64,000 nucleotides of DNA from Microbotryum violaceum (lineage: Eukaryota): contig CDLV01000010.1 in NCBI GenBank assembly GCA_001244265.2, positions 744,001-808,000 of the forward strand, given 5' to 3'. Both the position numbers and the translations under genes were made by a program. Under the pieces are notes generated by a model that worked only from the letters and a program-made list of their open reading frames with translations, made no database searches and had not been told where the DNA came from. Below, one piece after another: positions 1-13,787 of the stretch; the first letter of the stretch is position 1; each line of letters opens with the position of its first letter.

Positions 1-579
1 GTTTTGGCATTCCGTCCGACTCACCGCCTGACGTGGGGCGACTAGTATTGATTAGTTGATTCTACGTTACTCGCTTTCGCCTCATGAAGAGGTTCCTTAG
101 CTCAGTAACGTCGATCGATCCTCCCCAATTTGTATCAGTGTAGTGTTGTGCTGTATTCTGTTTAATATGTCATAGCCGCAATACTCTAGTGCGCCTGGTT
201 ACGGCCTGAATCAGAATCAATCTTAACCACTTAAAACCCCCCTGGGAGATTTACAGAGACACAAGGCGACCCTTACACGCCTGGATAGACGCCCGTAACT
301 CCTCGAGTGTCGTTTCGGTGATCGGTTCCAAAGTATCCGACGAGAATCGGCGGCGGCGAGAGAGCTTCCAGATCGAGTGGAAGAAGCTGGTGCGCCAATC
401 TTGGCGTGGGCTTCCCAGCTTTAGTTAATGCGGTCCAGCGCCCGATTAGGATCGTCTCTTTTTGTAGACTAGTTGGAATTGAAAATATTATTCTCCTTCC
501 GAGTTTCAGCCCGTTAAGTTCACCACTGCAGCAGTTTCGTGGTGCTTCCCAAACTAGGCCGCCGCTCCTGCAAGCATCA

Positions 580-1107
580 ATGCCCTCCGCGAGCTCGTTC
601 GTCCTGTCTGGGATCGCCAGGGATGGCTACACGACCTCGACCGCTTCGACGGCGACCTGCTTTTGTGGGGCCGTCCAGCTCGAGTTTCCCCTCGAGGCGC
701 CGGGGCTCGTCTCGTCGTTTGTGTGCCATTGCTACGACTGTCGCAAGATCACGGCGTCCATGTTTGCTTCCAACTTCATCGTGCTCAATTCGCACCTCAA
801 GCACCTGCGCGGCGGAGCCAACCTATCGAGCTGGGGTCAGGCTGCGACGATCGAGTCGGGTCATCGGATGACCAATCATTTTTGCAAGACGTGCGGGACC
901 CTCATGTATCGCGTCAGCGAAGGGTTCCCTGAGTCCAAGGTACTGAGGATCGGGACTGTCGACGATTTCAGTTTGCACGAGACCATCCTGAAGCCGAGCA
1001 TGGAGCAATACGTCAAAGATCGGGTCGGGTGGTTGAAACCAGCCGAAGGCATGCGCCAGAGTCACGGGTCGCGTTGGCAAGTCAAGCCGCGGGGGGGCAA
1101 GCTGTAG
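580..1107 (+). CDS. GFA/CENP-V (Mss4-like) zinc-binding protein, single exon
   Basis: Cys motifs CFCG, CHCYDCRK and FCKTCGT, typical of the GFA domain. First in-frame ATG at 580 (the listed ORF starts at a GTG). Confidence 0.85.
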   Translation: MPSASSFVLSGIARDGYTTSTASTATCFCGAVQLEFPLEAPGLVSSFVCHCYDCRKITASMFASNFIVLNSHLKHLRGGANLSSWGQAATIESGHRMTNHFCKTCGTLMYRVSEGFPESKVLRIGTVDDFSLHETILKPSMEQYVKDRVGWLKPAEGMRQSHGSRWQVKPRGGKL

Positions 1108-1827
1108 CGATCTGGAATGCATCGGGGGTTCACGATGTGTGCGATGGTAGTAGTGTGAATGGTGCTCCCTCGTCCAAGTGTGATGGTGGACTTCTTGTGC
1201 CGCCAGGCAGCCATGATAGTATCTTGATCGGATTGTTCATAAGCTGACGCTGGTATTCAAGGAAACTGCAGGAATGTATTGCTACTCTTGGAACGATGAT
1301 AAAACATTGTTCTAATTAGCTTATTAAATCCAAGGGCTTAGCGAGATCCGCGGCTCCAGAGAGACCATCCACCAGAGTATTCGCTTCTCAATAACCGGAC
1401 GAGATTGCCGCGGTGATTTTGTCGGCCGGTCAGGCTGATAACAAGTCAGTGGTGCTACTACATCATGGCACAACCCCGCCACTGCAGAATTACCAGACCG
1501 GGCACTACCTTGACACAAGTCCGACGCACCCAAGAAGCATCCTGAGTGATTCCCATGATCAGGCTCGAAGGTACATTTTTCAGCTTTCAGTGTTTCACGA
1601 CGTCCACGGTCTGCCCCCGGCGGCGACGGCGGCGAAGACTCAGGTGAAGAGGCCCGTGCGCGCTGGATCAATGAACGACGCTACCGAGGCCGCCTTCGCC
1701 TTTGTCGTCGCTCCCCACCCGCCACCGCGGAACGATTCGAACCAACCGCGAATGTTCGTTGACTCGACACCTGGCCCAGATCGAATGGACCGTGTGCTGA
1801 CCCGGCGCTTGCGCTGGCTGTGCACAG

Positions 1828-3502
1828 ATGCCTTCCCCGACGTCATACTGGCTCACGACGACCCGCGCCGACAGTTCGTCCTCGGCGGACCAGCTCGAGG
1901 ACCTGCAGCGCGTCCTGGGCCACGGCAAGCTCGGGCGAGCCGCCTACATCGACTTTCCCCAGTTCAAGGTACGTTTCTCTCGAGCCCCCTGACCCCGGTC
2001 TGCCCAGACATGTGACTGACGCCGCACCTGCTCCGGACCCGCTCCGACGGCCGCCTCACCGTGCACCACCTGTCGTCATCGCCCTTCACGGGTCGGTTTT
2101 CGCGCAGACGGGAACGCTGTCCTCGCTCTTGACCTTGTCCGAACAGTTGGCCAAACAGGACCCAGCCGTCAGCGCCGCCCTAGCCAAGACGGTCGACCAG
2201 ATCCGGTCCCTCACCTCCGCCGACTCGCAGTCGCAGTCCTCCGGCTCGACCTCGACCGCCTCGTCCGATCGTGCCTCCCCGTTGGCGCAGCACCTCGTCA
2301 CCGATGACGGCCGACCGTACCTCGACTACATCTTCCCTTCCGACGACTCCGCCGCGGCGACGCGCGAGCCGGCGTGGACGTGGAACCGCAGCAAGTATCG
2401 CTACGAGTCGCGCTCGCTGCAAGAGATCGTCGAGGGGTTGATGAAGGAGGTGTCGAGCATCGAGAATGCACAGAGAAACAAGAGTGGGCAGTATGGCATC
2501 GTCAAGGGTCAAGTCGTCTCGGCGCAGAGGAAAAAGACGTGAGCAGATGACAAGGGTATAATGTCTTCATCGTCGGCTAGCAGCCCTGACGATGGTACCC
2601 CATCCTACATTTCGACTACAGTGGCAACCTTTCTACGCGATCACTTGCCGATGTCGTTTCGGCCAAAGACTTTGCTGGCACAAGCGAATCCGAGTACCTC
2701 GAAACCGTCTTGGTGGCCGTGCCCAAGTCAGTCTCTCCGCGTCGGACTCGCTCGGGTCGGGTAGCCTCCACGAGCCCGAGCTGACGCGCTTCGATGTGGA
2801 TTCTTCGCACAGGAACCTCGTCAAGGAGTGGGAAAACAGCTACGAGCGGATATGTCAGATGGTCGTTCCCCGGTCATCAAGGTGAGCGCTCGAATTTCGG
2901 CCCCTAGCCGGCAATCATTCCGAGACGGTCAACTCATCGAACCTTGCCCTTTGCTGCCTTCGCTTGACAGCAAACTCGCTTCGGACGACGAGTTTGTGCT
3001 CTATGGCGTCACCATCTTCCGCCGCGTCAAGGACGAATTTTCGCAGAAATGTCGCGAGGCCAAGTTCATCGTGCGCGACTTTACCTACGACGCCTCGGCG
3101 ATCCAAAAGGCGCAGGCCGACCTCGTCGCGCTCGAGGCCGAGGAGAAGGACCTGTGGACGGACCTATTGCGCCTGTCGAGGATCAATTTTTCCGAACTGT
3201 TCCAGATCTTGATCCACCTCAAGGTCGTGCGAGCCTACGTCGAGTCCGTCCTCAGGTACGGCCTACCCGCGGCTTATTTCGGCGCGATCATCAAACCCGA
3301 ATACAAGTCCGTGACCAAGCTGACGACGGCGTTGAGCGAGTATTTCGGTACCGAAGGGAAAGGGAAGGGTGGGAGCAAGAAGCACGGCAAAGGGTCGTCG
3401 TTGGAGGGTACGGACGCGACCGTGGCCGGCGAGTTTGCGAACGTGCTCGAGGGCGAGTACCTCGACTTTGTGCTGTTCGAGATTGAGCGCGTCGATGCAT
3501 AG
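1828..3502 (+). CDS. VMA5: V-type proton ATPase subunit C, multi-exon
   Basis: Exon 1 ends FPQFK (GT donor at 1969). Later exons give TGTLSSLLTLSEQLAK, GNLSTRSLADVV, SEYLETVLVAVP, MVVPRS, FIVRDF and VRAYVESVLRYGLP. Confidence 0.93.
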
Positions 3503-3746
3503 GGTAGAGAGACGTTTCTTTAGTGGGTTGGCTAGGTGGATGGGGAGTTGTGGTTCTTGTTTTCTTCATTCTTCTGTGTAGTGCCCTTTCCTCTCGTGTC
3601 AATAGATCGAACGAGCTCCGCCATCGAAGACTCTTCATTCTTGTATCCAAATATCGGCTCGCAGGCGACCTCATTCGATCGTTATCTCGGAATATTGGTA
3701 TGATTACAGTATCGAGTGTGGAACGTTCACGAGCCTAGCTCAATCT

Positions 3747-6668
3747 TCAACATCCTCCGCAGTAGCCGCCCCCACCCGAACCGCAGCCCCAACAACTGAC
3801 CGGTCCGAGACCAGCGCTCTTGGTCGCCAGACCCACAACGCTCGCGAAGCCTTCGCCAAGCACAAACCCCGAAGCGACGATGACGAGCCCAATATTTTCG
3901 AGGTGGGCATTTGCACGCTCGCCCGTGTCATTGTTCCCTCTGCGCTGGGCCGTCTGCCGCGTCACGTAGAACGACACGAAGCCGCCAATCAATCGGGCGA
4001 TGGAGAATGAAGGTGTGTTGATGAAACCGATCGCAAAAGCGATTCTGCGCATGTTTAACACGAAGCACCGTCAAATTCTGCTGCTTCGGTGACGAGCCAG
4101 CGGAAAGGGTGACCCAGACTTGCCCCGAGGGAATGAACTTGACCCACGGTTGGCCTCGACCGAGGACCTTGAGCGCCGACAGCACAACAAAGACGAGCGC
4201 AAACACGATCATGGTCGCGCTACTTTGAGGGGGCAACTGCCCCTTGTTGACCAAACGAGCGAGATTGAGCCTAAATCGGTCCAAGAGGGTGTCAGCCAAG
4301 GGACTCGGTCGAGAGCAAAGTCTCTGAAGCGGACGTACCATATGGCGGCGGTGGGGACAGGAAAGTTGGTGCTCGGCAGATCATAGACGCGTCGGTAGAG
4401 GACGTAGATCCCTGACGATACGAAAACGGACGCCAGCGAACCAGTCATCTGTTGACGATACAAGTAATGCGACCGCTTGGCGAGTCAGATACGGCGAGAC
4501 TCAGATATGTCGAATGCAAACGAAAGCTGAGGGAAACTGAGGAGGGATGCGATCTCAGCTGTGGTCACGGCATACCTGGCCTTGAAACTGCGCTTTTGGG
4601 CTCGCTTTATGCAAGTGCCCTGTCTTTAGGTCTTGCATCAGGTCCCCGGCTTGTTGGGCCCCCGCTTCCGAAATCCCTCCGGCGATCAAGTTCGCCACGA
4701 CGTTGTGAGGCTGTGCGGAGGTAAGCGATTCATGTTCGTTGGCTCGTCACAGACCTTCAAGGTCGATGGATTCACAAGGGGGCTTACCTGAATAATCGTA
4801 AAGAGCAGTTGACTAATCTTACCGATCGCCGAGACGGGGTTCAGGTCCGTTTCGCCGAGTGCGCGGACGCCGAGGATCGAGAAGATCGAAGCGAGCACGA
4901 GCGCGATCAACGTTGCCCACCACTTGATGCCCTCCTGGCCAAACACGATCGCCACGAGGACGACACACGCCACGCAACTTAAAACGATCCCACCGAGTAC
5001 GAGGCGCGGGTCGGCCTCCTCCTCGGCACGGCTGCCGGATGGCGCAAAATCGTCTTCTTCTGTATCTCCGTTGTCGTCTTCGTCTTCGTGAAGTCCTTGC
5101 GTAGAGCGGCCGAGCATGGACCGCAGGGGCCCGGCAATCTGGGTAAAAGCGACGATGGACACGGATAATATACTCTCGACCATCATGACGGCCAGAGCGG
5201 GCCACAGGATCCATCCCCTCGATCCGTCGACCGAGCTCGACACGGGACCGGGCGCCCACCCACGAGTTTTCGCCAGAGGCGACAATATCGCCCAGCCGAC
5301 AAACATGCCGAGGTTCATCGAGGCCGTCGTGGGAAGACCCATGATGATGCCCTGCCCGATGTAGGAAAAGGACGGGGTGAACCTGCGGGGCCGAGACGAA
5401 AGGGCTTCCTCGTGAGATGGCGCGGACACCTTCTCGGGCCCGAGGAGACGGACTGACCACCATAGCCATTCGTGGGCGAGATGGCCAAAGACGTCAAAGA
5501 TTGGGATCGCGTACACGACGGGGAAACACAGGCTGAGCAACTGCAGACTCGCCCTTTGGGGTAAGCGACGCACCACGTCAGGTTCGGGAACACGGACTAT
5601 ACTCACCGTGAACCCTGCCGACAGAGAAAAGCTGACGCTAAGCGCGACCCATCCCTTTTGATCAATTTTCCTGTGCGCCGACGCATGCAGAGGTGCCTCC
5701 TCTTCGACCGACCGAGAGTGGGGCCCACTTGTTGGATCCTCCTCCTCCCGCTGCTCCTCCAATCCGAGGGCTCGATATCCGTTCCGTTTCCTCGCCGCAC
5801 TCGCTCTGGGTGGTGGCACATCATGGAGCACGCTGATGATCTGGGCTGTGGCGGTCCCGGAAGGAAAGACGAGCTTCTCCTTGACAATGACTTGCCGGCG
5901 CAAAGGCACGGCCAGGAAAACCCCGAAAAAGGCGACAGCGAAGCACCACGCACAGAGGGCGACAAAGGACAGGACCAAGGGTGGCGACCCGTCGATGCTG
6001 GGGGAGAGCTGAGCGAGCGCAGGGATGACGCCGACCAGACCGGCTGCGAGTGGCAAGGTTCCGGTCGCGACAGCGGTCGTCTGGAGCACGATCTGAAAGG
6101 TCCACCCAAGGCGAAAGAAGAGTCAGCTCCCGAGTGAGCCTGGTGGGTTTAGGTCCAGGTCAGGTTCAACACACTCACGTTTTCATGGACCGACAGGGGT
6201 CTCATGGCAAAGAATGAACTTTGAGGCAACACTTTGAAGACGGCGAAGCCTAGTAAAGAGGCTTGCAGACTGGTGCAGTTTTGGCACGTTGATCGAGATC
6301 AGCTTGGTCAGTGGGCTAGGTGAGCATCGAAGTGAACGGCGGGTCTCGTAAGCTGACCTACCTCATCATGCTGATCCATCCTGACTGCAAGCCAAAGTCT
6401 GCGCGGTGGAGACAAGGTCTTGAGTGCACATCTAATAGACCGAGTAGATTGGTGAAAGCACCCACACATGTTGGTGAAGCATAGCAGCGTGCCAATGACC
6501 AGGCCGGCGACAACTGCTCGAAGCTGAACCAGTTGACACAAGCCGCTGCACGTCAGAGCTGGTGCAGATCTCAAGGGGAATTTACACGTTACTGACCGTG
6601 AATTCTGGCTCTTCTTCAGCTTGTACGCGCTCAGCAGGCGGCCGGGCACTGGGTCGCGTCGACATCAT
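3747..6668 (-). CDS. OPT-superfamily (YSL-like) oligopeptide/metal-chelate transporter, many exons
   Basis: Spliced motifs NMYFGLQSGWISM, ENVVLQT, LVFPSGTATA, GETDLNPVS, AGDLMQDLKTG and ASGFVLGEG. Multiple hydrophobic TM segments. ATG at 6668. Confidence 0.9.
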
Positions 6669-7280
6669 GGCGTTCCTCGACACGCGCTGGCAACGATGAG
6701 ACTTTCTATTGCTTACCGACTTTCAGACCAGTCCAGCTCGAGCATCGACGACCTTGGATGAGCTGGTGGGCGAGATTGTGGGCGTGTCGACGTAAACGGG
6801 TACGGGGTACGGCAAGCGATGGGGGGTGGGGGGTGGGGGTGAAAGGGGCTCCACTTTGCCGCGCTCGGCTCGCGTCCTCTCGCATCGGCTTCGGTCTGCT
6901 TCGGTCAGCCAGGGTCAGCTGCCCTCGGCAGCCACCGGCCGACGGGCAAGCGACTTGTGCAAGAAGCGAGCGCCGCGGCACCGCTTTCGCTTGCGCTTTC
7001 GGACTGCCAAGTCCGACCGGTCGGATCTCAGGAACTTGTTCGTTGTTCGACAGGCCGTCTCAAGCATCCACTGCCCTTCCACTCTCGAATGATACAGAGA
7101 CAGTCGTGACGGGTTTGGTTTTGAGCGTGCACGCTTCAACTCTGCGAGCCTTCTGTCATCGACTCACCGCCGGCGGCCGATCGGTCATCAGCGCGCGAGC
7201 CTCGAAGTGTCAACACGTGCCAGTTCGCCGTCGCAGGTCGCGCTGACGTCGACGTCGAGCAACACTGTAGGTCGACGCGG

Positions 7281-10200
7281 ATGCTGGAGCCGAGTAGTCG
7301 TGTACCCTCCAGTATGGCTCCGGCATTGGTACCTTTGGACACATCGTCATCACCACCACCAACCGTTCGGGGAGAGAGCTATCGACCGCTTCCGACCCCG
7401 CTCGCATCGCACCCAGGACTCAACTCGTATGGTTCTACAAGCGCAACTTCGCGTGAGGCCGTAGCGTCGGCGTCGGCGTCGGCATCGGCATCGATCCACA
7501 ACGATTCCGGTCGGCCGCAAAGCTCGACCGTCCTTGCATCAGAGCGGTCCTACCGTCCACCACGTCCATCAACGGGTGCCCTCTCGACCATCTCGTCCTT
7601 GCTCTTGGGCAATCATCCTCGTCGACACGGTCATTCCCGATCGTCCCCCACCTTCCCAAACCAGAGTGCCGTGCCCGATCGCGCGCGATCCGATCCGGGC
7701 TCGGCTTCGGCCTCTTCATCGTCGTCGCTGCTGCTGCGACGCGGCAAACAAGACCTCTCGGAGCAATTCTCGCTCGGACACCCACTCGACAGCTTCAATT
7801 GCAGATATGGGGGTGACAAGCAGATCGACGGCTCGGCTGATGACCTCGGTGACATCCCGCCGTTGCCAAAGTCCCAGCTTGTCTCGGACTCGAGTGCGCG
7901 AGGCGCTCGTCAACGTCGAACGAGCTCCCGAACCCTCTCTATGGACCCAGAGACGACGCACGAACTACCTCCCAGCCCGGTAGGGCTACCCGGGGCCTGG
8001 TTCGACGACGTGAACGCCACCCACTCGGCGTTGCTGTTGCCGCCGCCCTTCTTGGACGATTTTTCTTCGAGGCAAAGCTTTGAAGGTGCGTGCGGGGGGA
8101 CAAGCATTGGATGTGATTGCTGCCACCTACACGAATTTTAGTGGCCGTCTAACTGTTTTTCGTTCTCTTTCTCATCTCTCTGTAAGGACTGTTGGGGACC
8201 CGAGAAGCCAAACTACGGCAAGCGCGTCTGCGCAAAGAGATGCACAACTATGCCAAGGACCGACCGCCGCGGCCTGCGTTCCCACAGTCGCTCCTGTCGA
8301 CAGCCTCGAAGCTCGTTACTGCACTGGGACCCCCCGGGGGCGTCGACTCGGGCAGTTACTACCGAACCTGGAAGGACGCTCCCAACGATCCAACCCCCAG
8401 TTCGGTCAGGAAGGAACGCCGAAGGGTGCAGAGGGCCAACTCGGCGATGAAGGGCTTGGAGGTGGGCGAGAAGTACGCCAGAAAGTTGGCGGAGCGCTTG
8501 ATGGCCGAGCGGTCCAGATACACGGACGGATCACTCGACGCCGAGGCGAACAAGGGCGACGTGGACCCCATCGAGCCGCAAGTCGACGGACCCGCGGCCG
8601 AGCTGTTCGCGGGCAGTACGTTCGTTGCGGCTACACCCATGTCGTTGCTGCAAGGCTCGCCGGGGAGTCATCTGAGTCCACCGCTCTTTGGGATCGCCAC
8701 TCCTGTCCTCAGCGAGTCCGTGTCAAAGCGGTCAGCGACCCGAGATGCCGAGGCGCCGCTGGTACCACCAAAGGCATTACTGCATCCCAACTTTGACGAC
8801 ACAGGGGAGGATATGTCTCCCCTACCTCTCCTGCTCGACGCCACCCACAAGAGTGTGCCATCTTCCCCACTCGATTATGGCTACTTCGCCATTCGCAGAC
8901 GACACAACGCCGGTAAAGCTGCGACCAGTCTTGATGGGTCCCTTTGGGATGCCACCGCCGCGGTGGAGGGAACGACACACGACGGCGAGATTGCCGATTT
9001 GTCCAGCTCAGGAGAAGCTTCGCCCAAGCAGCTTGCCGTCCCTGTAGCCTCCTTTCTGCTCCCCAAGGTTGATACACGCACCAGACCTATGATGGATCTG
9101 CTCATTTGGCTTCTGGTAGGGTCCCCCGATGTTTTCGGCGGCTTTGACCAAGGCTTGGCTAACGTGGGCGGTCTCCTTGGCACTACCCTTCACCTCGTCG
9201 GGTTTGCGGTGTTCGTGCTGGTGCACACCTGGGCCCTGGGCGTATCGCTCTGCGCCGCGGCTCGATCCGTGGCCCTGTTCTCTCATTGGACATTCCTCAA
9301 TTTGACAGGCCGGACGGACCTGTCGATCGTGGCAAGGGAGTACTTCATTCTGTGCCAAAAGGAGTGGAACCTTGTCTCCGCCGAGGACGGCGTTAAACTC
9401 AGCATTGGCAGCATCCTGTTGGGCCTCTCTGAATTGATGGCGATCCAAGCTAGTGAGTTCGGACTCGCTGGTATCGTACGTATGCCTCTACAAGAGGAGC
9501 TCACCTCCATGTGCGCGTGTGTGTGAGCAGTTTCAAAAGAGAGATGGATTGCCGAGGGTCCTGGAAAGCTGGTGCTCGTGAACGGCGATAAAGCGGCTCG
9601 ATTCGCTGCGTCGGCGGAATGCAGCTCACTCGAAGCAAGCTCGTCGCCGATTGCCGGGGGAGGGACGTCTCCACTTTTGCGCCGGTTCTCTAAACGTCGC
9701 AGCCTCGTCTTTAACCGTCCCTCCTTTAGTCGACGTGGCACCTCGCGGCGCTGGACCGTCGACGATGGCGAAGGTCTGATTGTGACCGGCGGCGGCGATT
9801 CGATCCTGGAAGGCACCATTTACAACGAGTCCGTCGACCCCCTCGCGTATGCATCACCTTCTTTCACGCCCCATCCGGGCTCGGCGACGGGAGCCAACAC
9901 GGGAATTCCGGTTCTCGACGAACTGGACGACGTCCCACCGCTCGAGCTGGGCGATGCGTTGCCCGGTGATACGCTGCCGGGCTTCTCCTGTCCACCTTCG
10001 TCCGTCTCGTTTCTCGCCGCGAGCTTAAAGTCGCCCCCTACGCGTCCCATTACGGACGGCTCGGACGATTCGACGGCGTTCTTCATGCTGCTGCGTCGAC
10101 ACGCGCGACTTGCTACGGCGTCTTATGGCCTGCACACCTACATTCTGGCCCCTCCAACGCCGTTGTTCACGCCTTCGGGGGCCACGCTCCCGCATCGCGT

Positions 10201-11635
10201 ATTCTCGCATCTTGGCGGCGTCGATCACAAAGCCGTGCTGCACGTCGCGATTCAAAAACATTATACAGGGGTCCCGGCCGTCGCAGGGGACGAGACGGAC
10301 AGCATCTACGAACCACAATTCTATCTGCTTCGAGACGATTTGCATGGCGAGGTAGTATGCGTCGTGCGAGGCACTCAGTCGTTGGCTGACATGTGAGTGA
10401 GGAGGCATAGGCTTCCCCGCGCCCCGTTCGAGACTCATATTTTTACTTCGTCCTGCAGCCGAACGGACCTGGAAGCAGGACTCGAACCCGTGGAATTACC
10501 ATCGCTGGACCCTTCGTCGCGGGGAACGGAAACATTCAAAGCTCACGCCGGCATTCTCGCCGCCGCTCGCCGTCTACTTGATCCCGAAGCCTCGCCTCTG
10601 TTCACCAAGCTCCGCAAGGCGCTCGAAGATCATCCGGGCTACTCGCTCGTTTTGACCGGTCACTCGCTGGGCGCCGCGATCGCCTCGACCGTCGCTTTCC
10701 TCGTCGGCCAATACACGCCGGCCGAACCGGAAAGTATCGGTGGGCCAAGCGTTGCGACGTACGCGACGCATGTACTGAGCGACCACGAACATAATCGGGG
10801 ACACTGGACCGTCTCGCCTAGATGTGGACTTCCTGCTCATCGACCCGTTCGAGCCATCTGCTTTGCCCATCCCGCTACCGTGGATCTCCCTCTCGCGAAA
10901 CGATGCTCGCTGGGTCAGGTCCCGCTCGTTCTCAGCGTTTCCTTAGGGCCCGACGTCGTGTGTCGGATGGGGATCCCCCAGGTACGCGAGCTGCGCAGGG
11001 TCCTCGGTCGATTGGCTAAGAATCGTCGCAAATGGCTCAAGTTGCAGAAATCGGCCGTAGAAGCTCGTAGCCAAAGTGTCTCGCAAGTGCTTCCGGGAAC
11101 AAAGAGAACGCAACACGGCAAGAGCGAAATTCTAACCGCTTGGTGGAGGTGGAAGAAGCTGCAAGGCGGTATTCAACAAGTCGCTCTCGAAGCGACGAAG
11201 AACGGTTCTCACCCTGTTCAGCTGACCAAAGCCGAGCTAGAGGAGAGGAACAGGATTGAAGGAAAGGCTTGGAAGTGGAGGTGCGAGATGGACGGGATCG
11301 AGGACGACGGTGTCCACCTCGAGGGCAAGGATCAAAAAACGCTGCTTACGAGGATGATCCCGTGCGGAAAAGCGTACCACATTGATCGATTGCCCGTCGA
11401 GATGGAACGGAAGCGAAAGCAAGACACTGTGGAGGAGCGGGAGCGGGTTCAGCGTCAACGAGATCAGCAAGCCGAGGAGATGGACCGGGAGCAGGAGGAT
11501 GACGAAGAGTCCCAACTGTGGGGCTTGTACGAGGTCGCCGCACCGGATGCGTTCTATGCGTGTCCTCATCTCGAGGCCGATCTGGTCAAGTCCCACTTGC
11601 CCAAAGAGTATCTCGATGCAGTGAATAGTTTATAG
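7281..11635 (+). CDS. Class 3 lipase (diacylglycerol-lipase-like) with long low-complexity N-terminus and TM segment
   Basis: VVRGTQSLAD, AHAGIL, nucleophile motif TGHSLG, GPDVVCR and C-terminal SHLP. GT-AG introns join the ORFs at 7281, 8192, 9572 and 10397. Start codon uncertain (7281 or 7314). Confidence 0.8.
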
Positions 11636-11887
11636 GTAGTCGTGACGTTCGATCGCTAGCATTTTACTCTTATTATATCATATTTCCTTCTTCCTCGCAT
11701 TCTCGCATCATGTCAATAAAATCATCTTCTGGGCCCAGAATCGGCTTGAAGCGTCAATTCCCAGGGACGAGGGCAGTGGGTAGTATACAAAACATCGTGA
11801 GCGCATGAAGGAGCTACCGAGAATGACGGGGGCATGAGGGTACGTGATGTTGATTTTTCAGCGTGATGATCTTTCGGTGCCCAGACC

Positions 11888-13632
11888 CTAGGGCCTTTCT
11901 GCTGTGGCCCTTTCGTTCTCCTTGAACCACTATCGAATCAGACAAATACACGGGATCAGCTAAGTACCACTCAGCAACCCGGTTGAGCGCTACACTCACG
12001 GCAACTGCTCGCTTGATGCCCTCGTCCATTCCGACGACGGGCTCGTAGCCCAGCACTCTTCGGGCCTGTGGGCGAGACTCATCGTTTAGCATCGAGTATC
12101 GCTAAAACAGAGGAGCTGTGGAGCATGACCCACTTTTTCAATGTTGTAGTACCGGTTCACGGTCGAATAGACGATCTTACCCCGCGTCAAGTTCGGTGTC
12201 TTGCCCATGACCTTGCCAATCACTTCGCCAATCCCGGCAAACGCCATCCCGACGGTGGCGGGGAGCTGGATGGTGAACGACGGGACGTGGCCGTTGTACT
12301 CAGCCCAGACGGCTCTCGGGAAGTCCCAGAAGGGGATCGGTTCGCCGTTCGTGATGAAAAAGGCCTGACCGGCCACACTCATCTCGTTGCCGAAGCCGGC
12401 TGATTCGTGGCTGAACTGGTCAAAACGATTCCGTGCGGCCTGGAGCGGGGCATCGGGTTCAGAGGTGTTTTCGAAAGATGGATCAATCTTCTTCTCAATG
12501 TCGTAGAGCGCGGGTGGCCGGTATGTCGAGGTTGGGAGCACGCGTCGAGCGATGCTCTTGTCGACGGCGGGCAGGCGCGTATCGAACACGTCAGGCGAGA
12601 CTTTGGCCCCTAACCGCTCGGACGCGATCAGGTGGGCCTCGACAACATTATCGACGTAGGTCCAGTCAAAGAGATTGAGGTTGCCTCCAATTTGGAAGTT
12701 GGTCTTGCCCGACTTGAGCACGTCGAGCACCCCGGGCACCGCTTGTCGATCTCCTGGACTGCGAGATGCCACGAAAGGGGGGATCAGTCACCGCGCCCCG
12801 ATCGCACAAATATCCTTGTACGTGGGCATACGCACCCAAAGATACCAGCGGGTCGGAGGGCAACGGTCAACAGGCCATCTCGTCCATTGGCTTCGAGCAC
12901 GATCGTCTCCGCTTTGGCCTGCGCGCCAGGTAGCGTCGATACAGCGGCATGTCAGTGACTCGGATGGGATTCGTCACATTCAAAACTGGTACCATAGCGC
13001 CATGGCGTACCTTGGTGGCGTTGTACGAGTCGATGGCCTTGTCCGGAAAGGGCATTCGCTCGTCGACGTTGACGAGATCGACGCCGTTGTAAACGGTGCC
13101 CGCACTGCTGGTGAAGACGAGCTTCTTTACGCCTTCCTGCACGCACGCATCGACGATGGTCTGAGTTCCCTGGACGTTGACCTTCTCGCACACGTCGGCG
13201 CCGGACCCTGTCCACGGCGACGCGGTGTGGAACACGGTCGTAGCGGAGCTGGCCCTGATCGCCTTGGCGAGTTGCTCGAGCGAGGTCAGGTCGGCTGAGT
13301 GAAACGCCCACGACGACTTTTCGGGAAAGTGACGCTGCACGATGTCGAGTGAGGCGACGGGTGCGCCGTGGTAGCGGTTCACGAGTGCCTTGACCAGGGT
13401 CGAGCCGAGGAAACCCTCGCCTGCAACAGCATCGCGGGGCGCGGGTCGGAGACACGGAGACGTGGAAGGGGGGTGCGCGCGACGAAAGAGAAGGCACGAC
13501 GAGTGGGCAGGTCGTGGGGGAGAGTAAGGGTCAGATGGCGCGTCGGAAGCGACATCGAATGGTCTGTGCAGGTTACTCACCGCCGATCACTAGGTACGAT
13601 TCATCGCTCGAGGCCTTGTGTCCGGGAGCCAT
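11888..13632 (-). CDS. ERG26: Sterol-4-alpha-carboxylate 3-dehydrogenase (3-beta-HSD family)
   Basis: YLVIGG/EGFLG Rossmann motif, VFHTASP, LVFTSSA, YNATK catalytic motif, FDWTYVDNV and GQAFFITNGEP. ATG at 13632, stop TAG at 11888. Confidence 0.9.
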
Positions 13633-13787
13633 AGCGCGATCGAGTTGGCGGTGAAGGGTGGTGGGGGAAGCGAAGCCGCGCCTGCCACTGGAGGACACTC
13701 ACAGCAGGCGTTCAGATCGTGCGTTCAGATCGTGCGTTTTGGGCTCGGATCTGCTATTAGTCGGCTCAGCGCGCGTGCAAGAGTCGG

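Noticed and set aside
64..111. Hairpin ACGTTACT/AGTAACGT with inner CCTC/GAGG stem. The minus strand reads CTAAGGA-stem-CGAAA, like a hammerhead core.
   Set aside because: The core deviates from CUGANGA and there is no stem I. It may belong to a TE remnant cut off by the window edge, which cannot be judged here.
1096..1107. C-terminal GKL on the GFA protein as a peroxisomal signal
   Set aside because: Non-canonical tripeptide, too weak to call from sequence alone.
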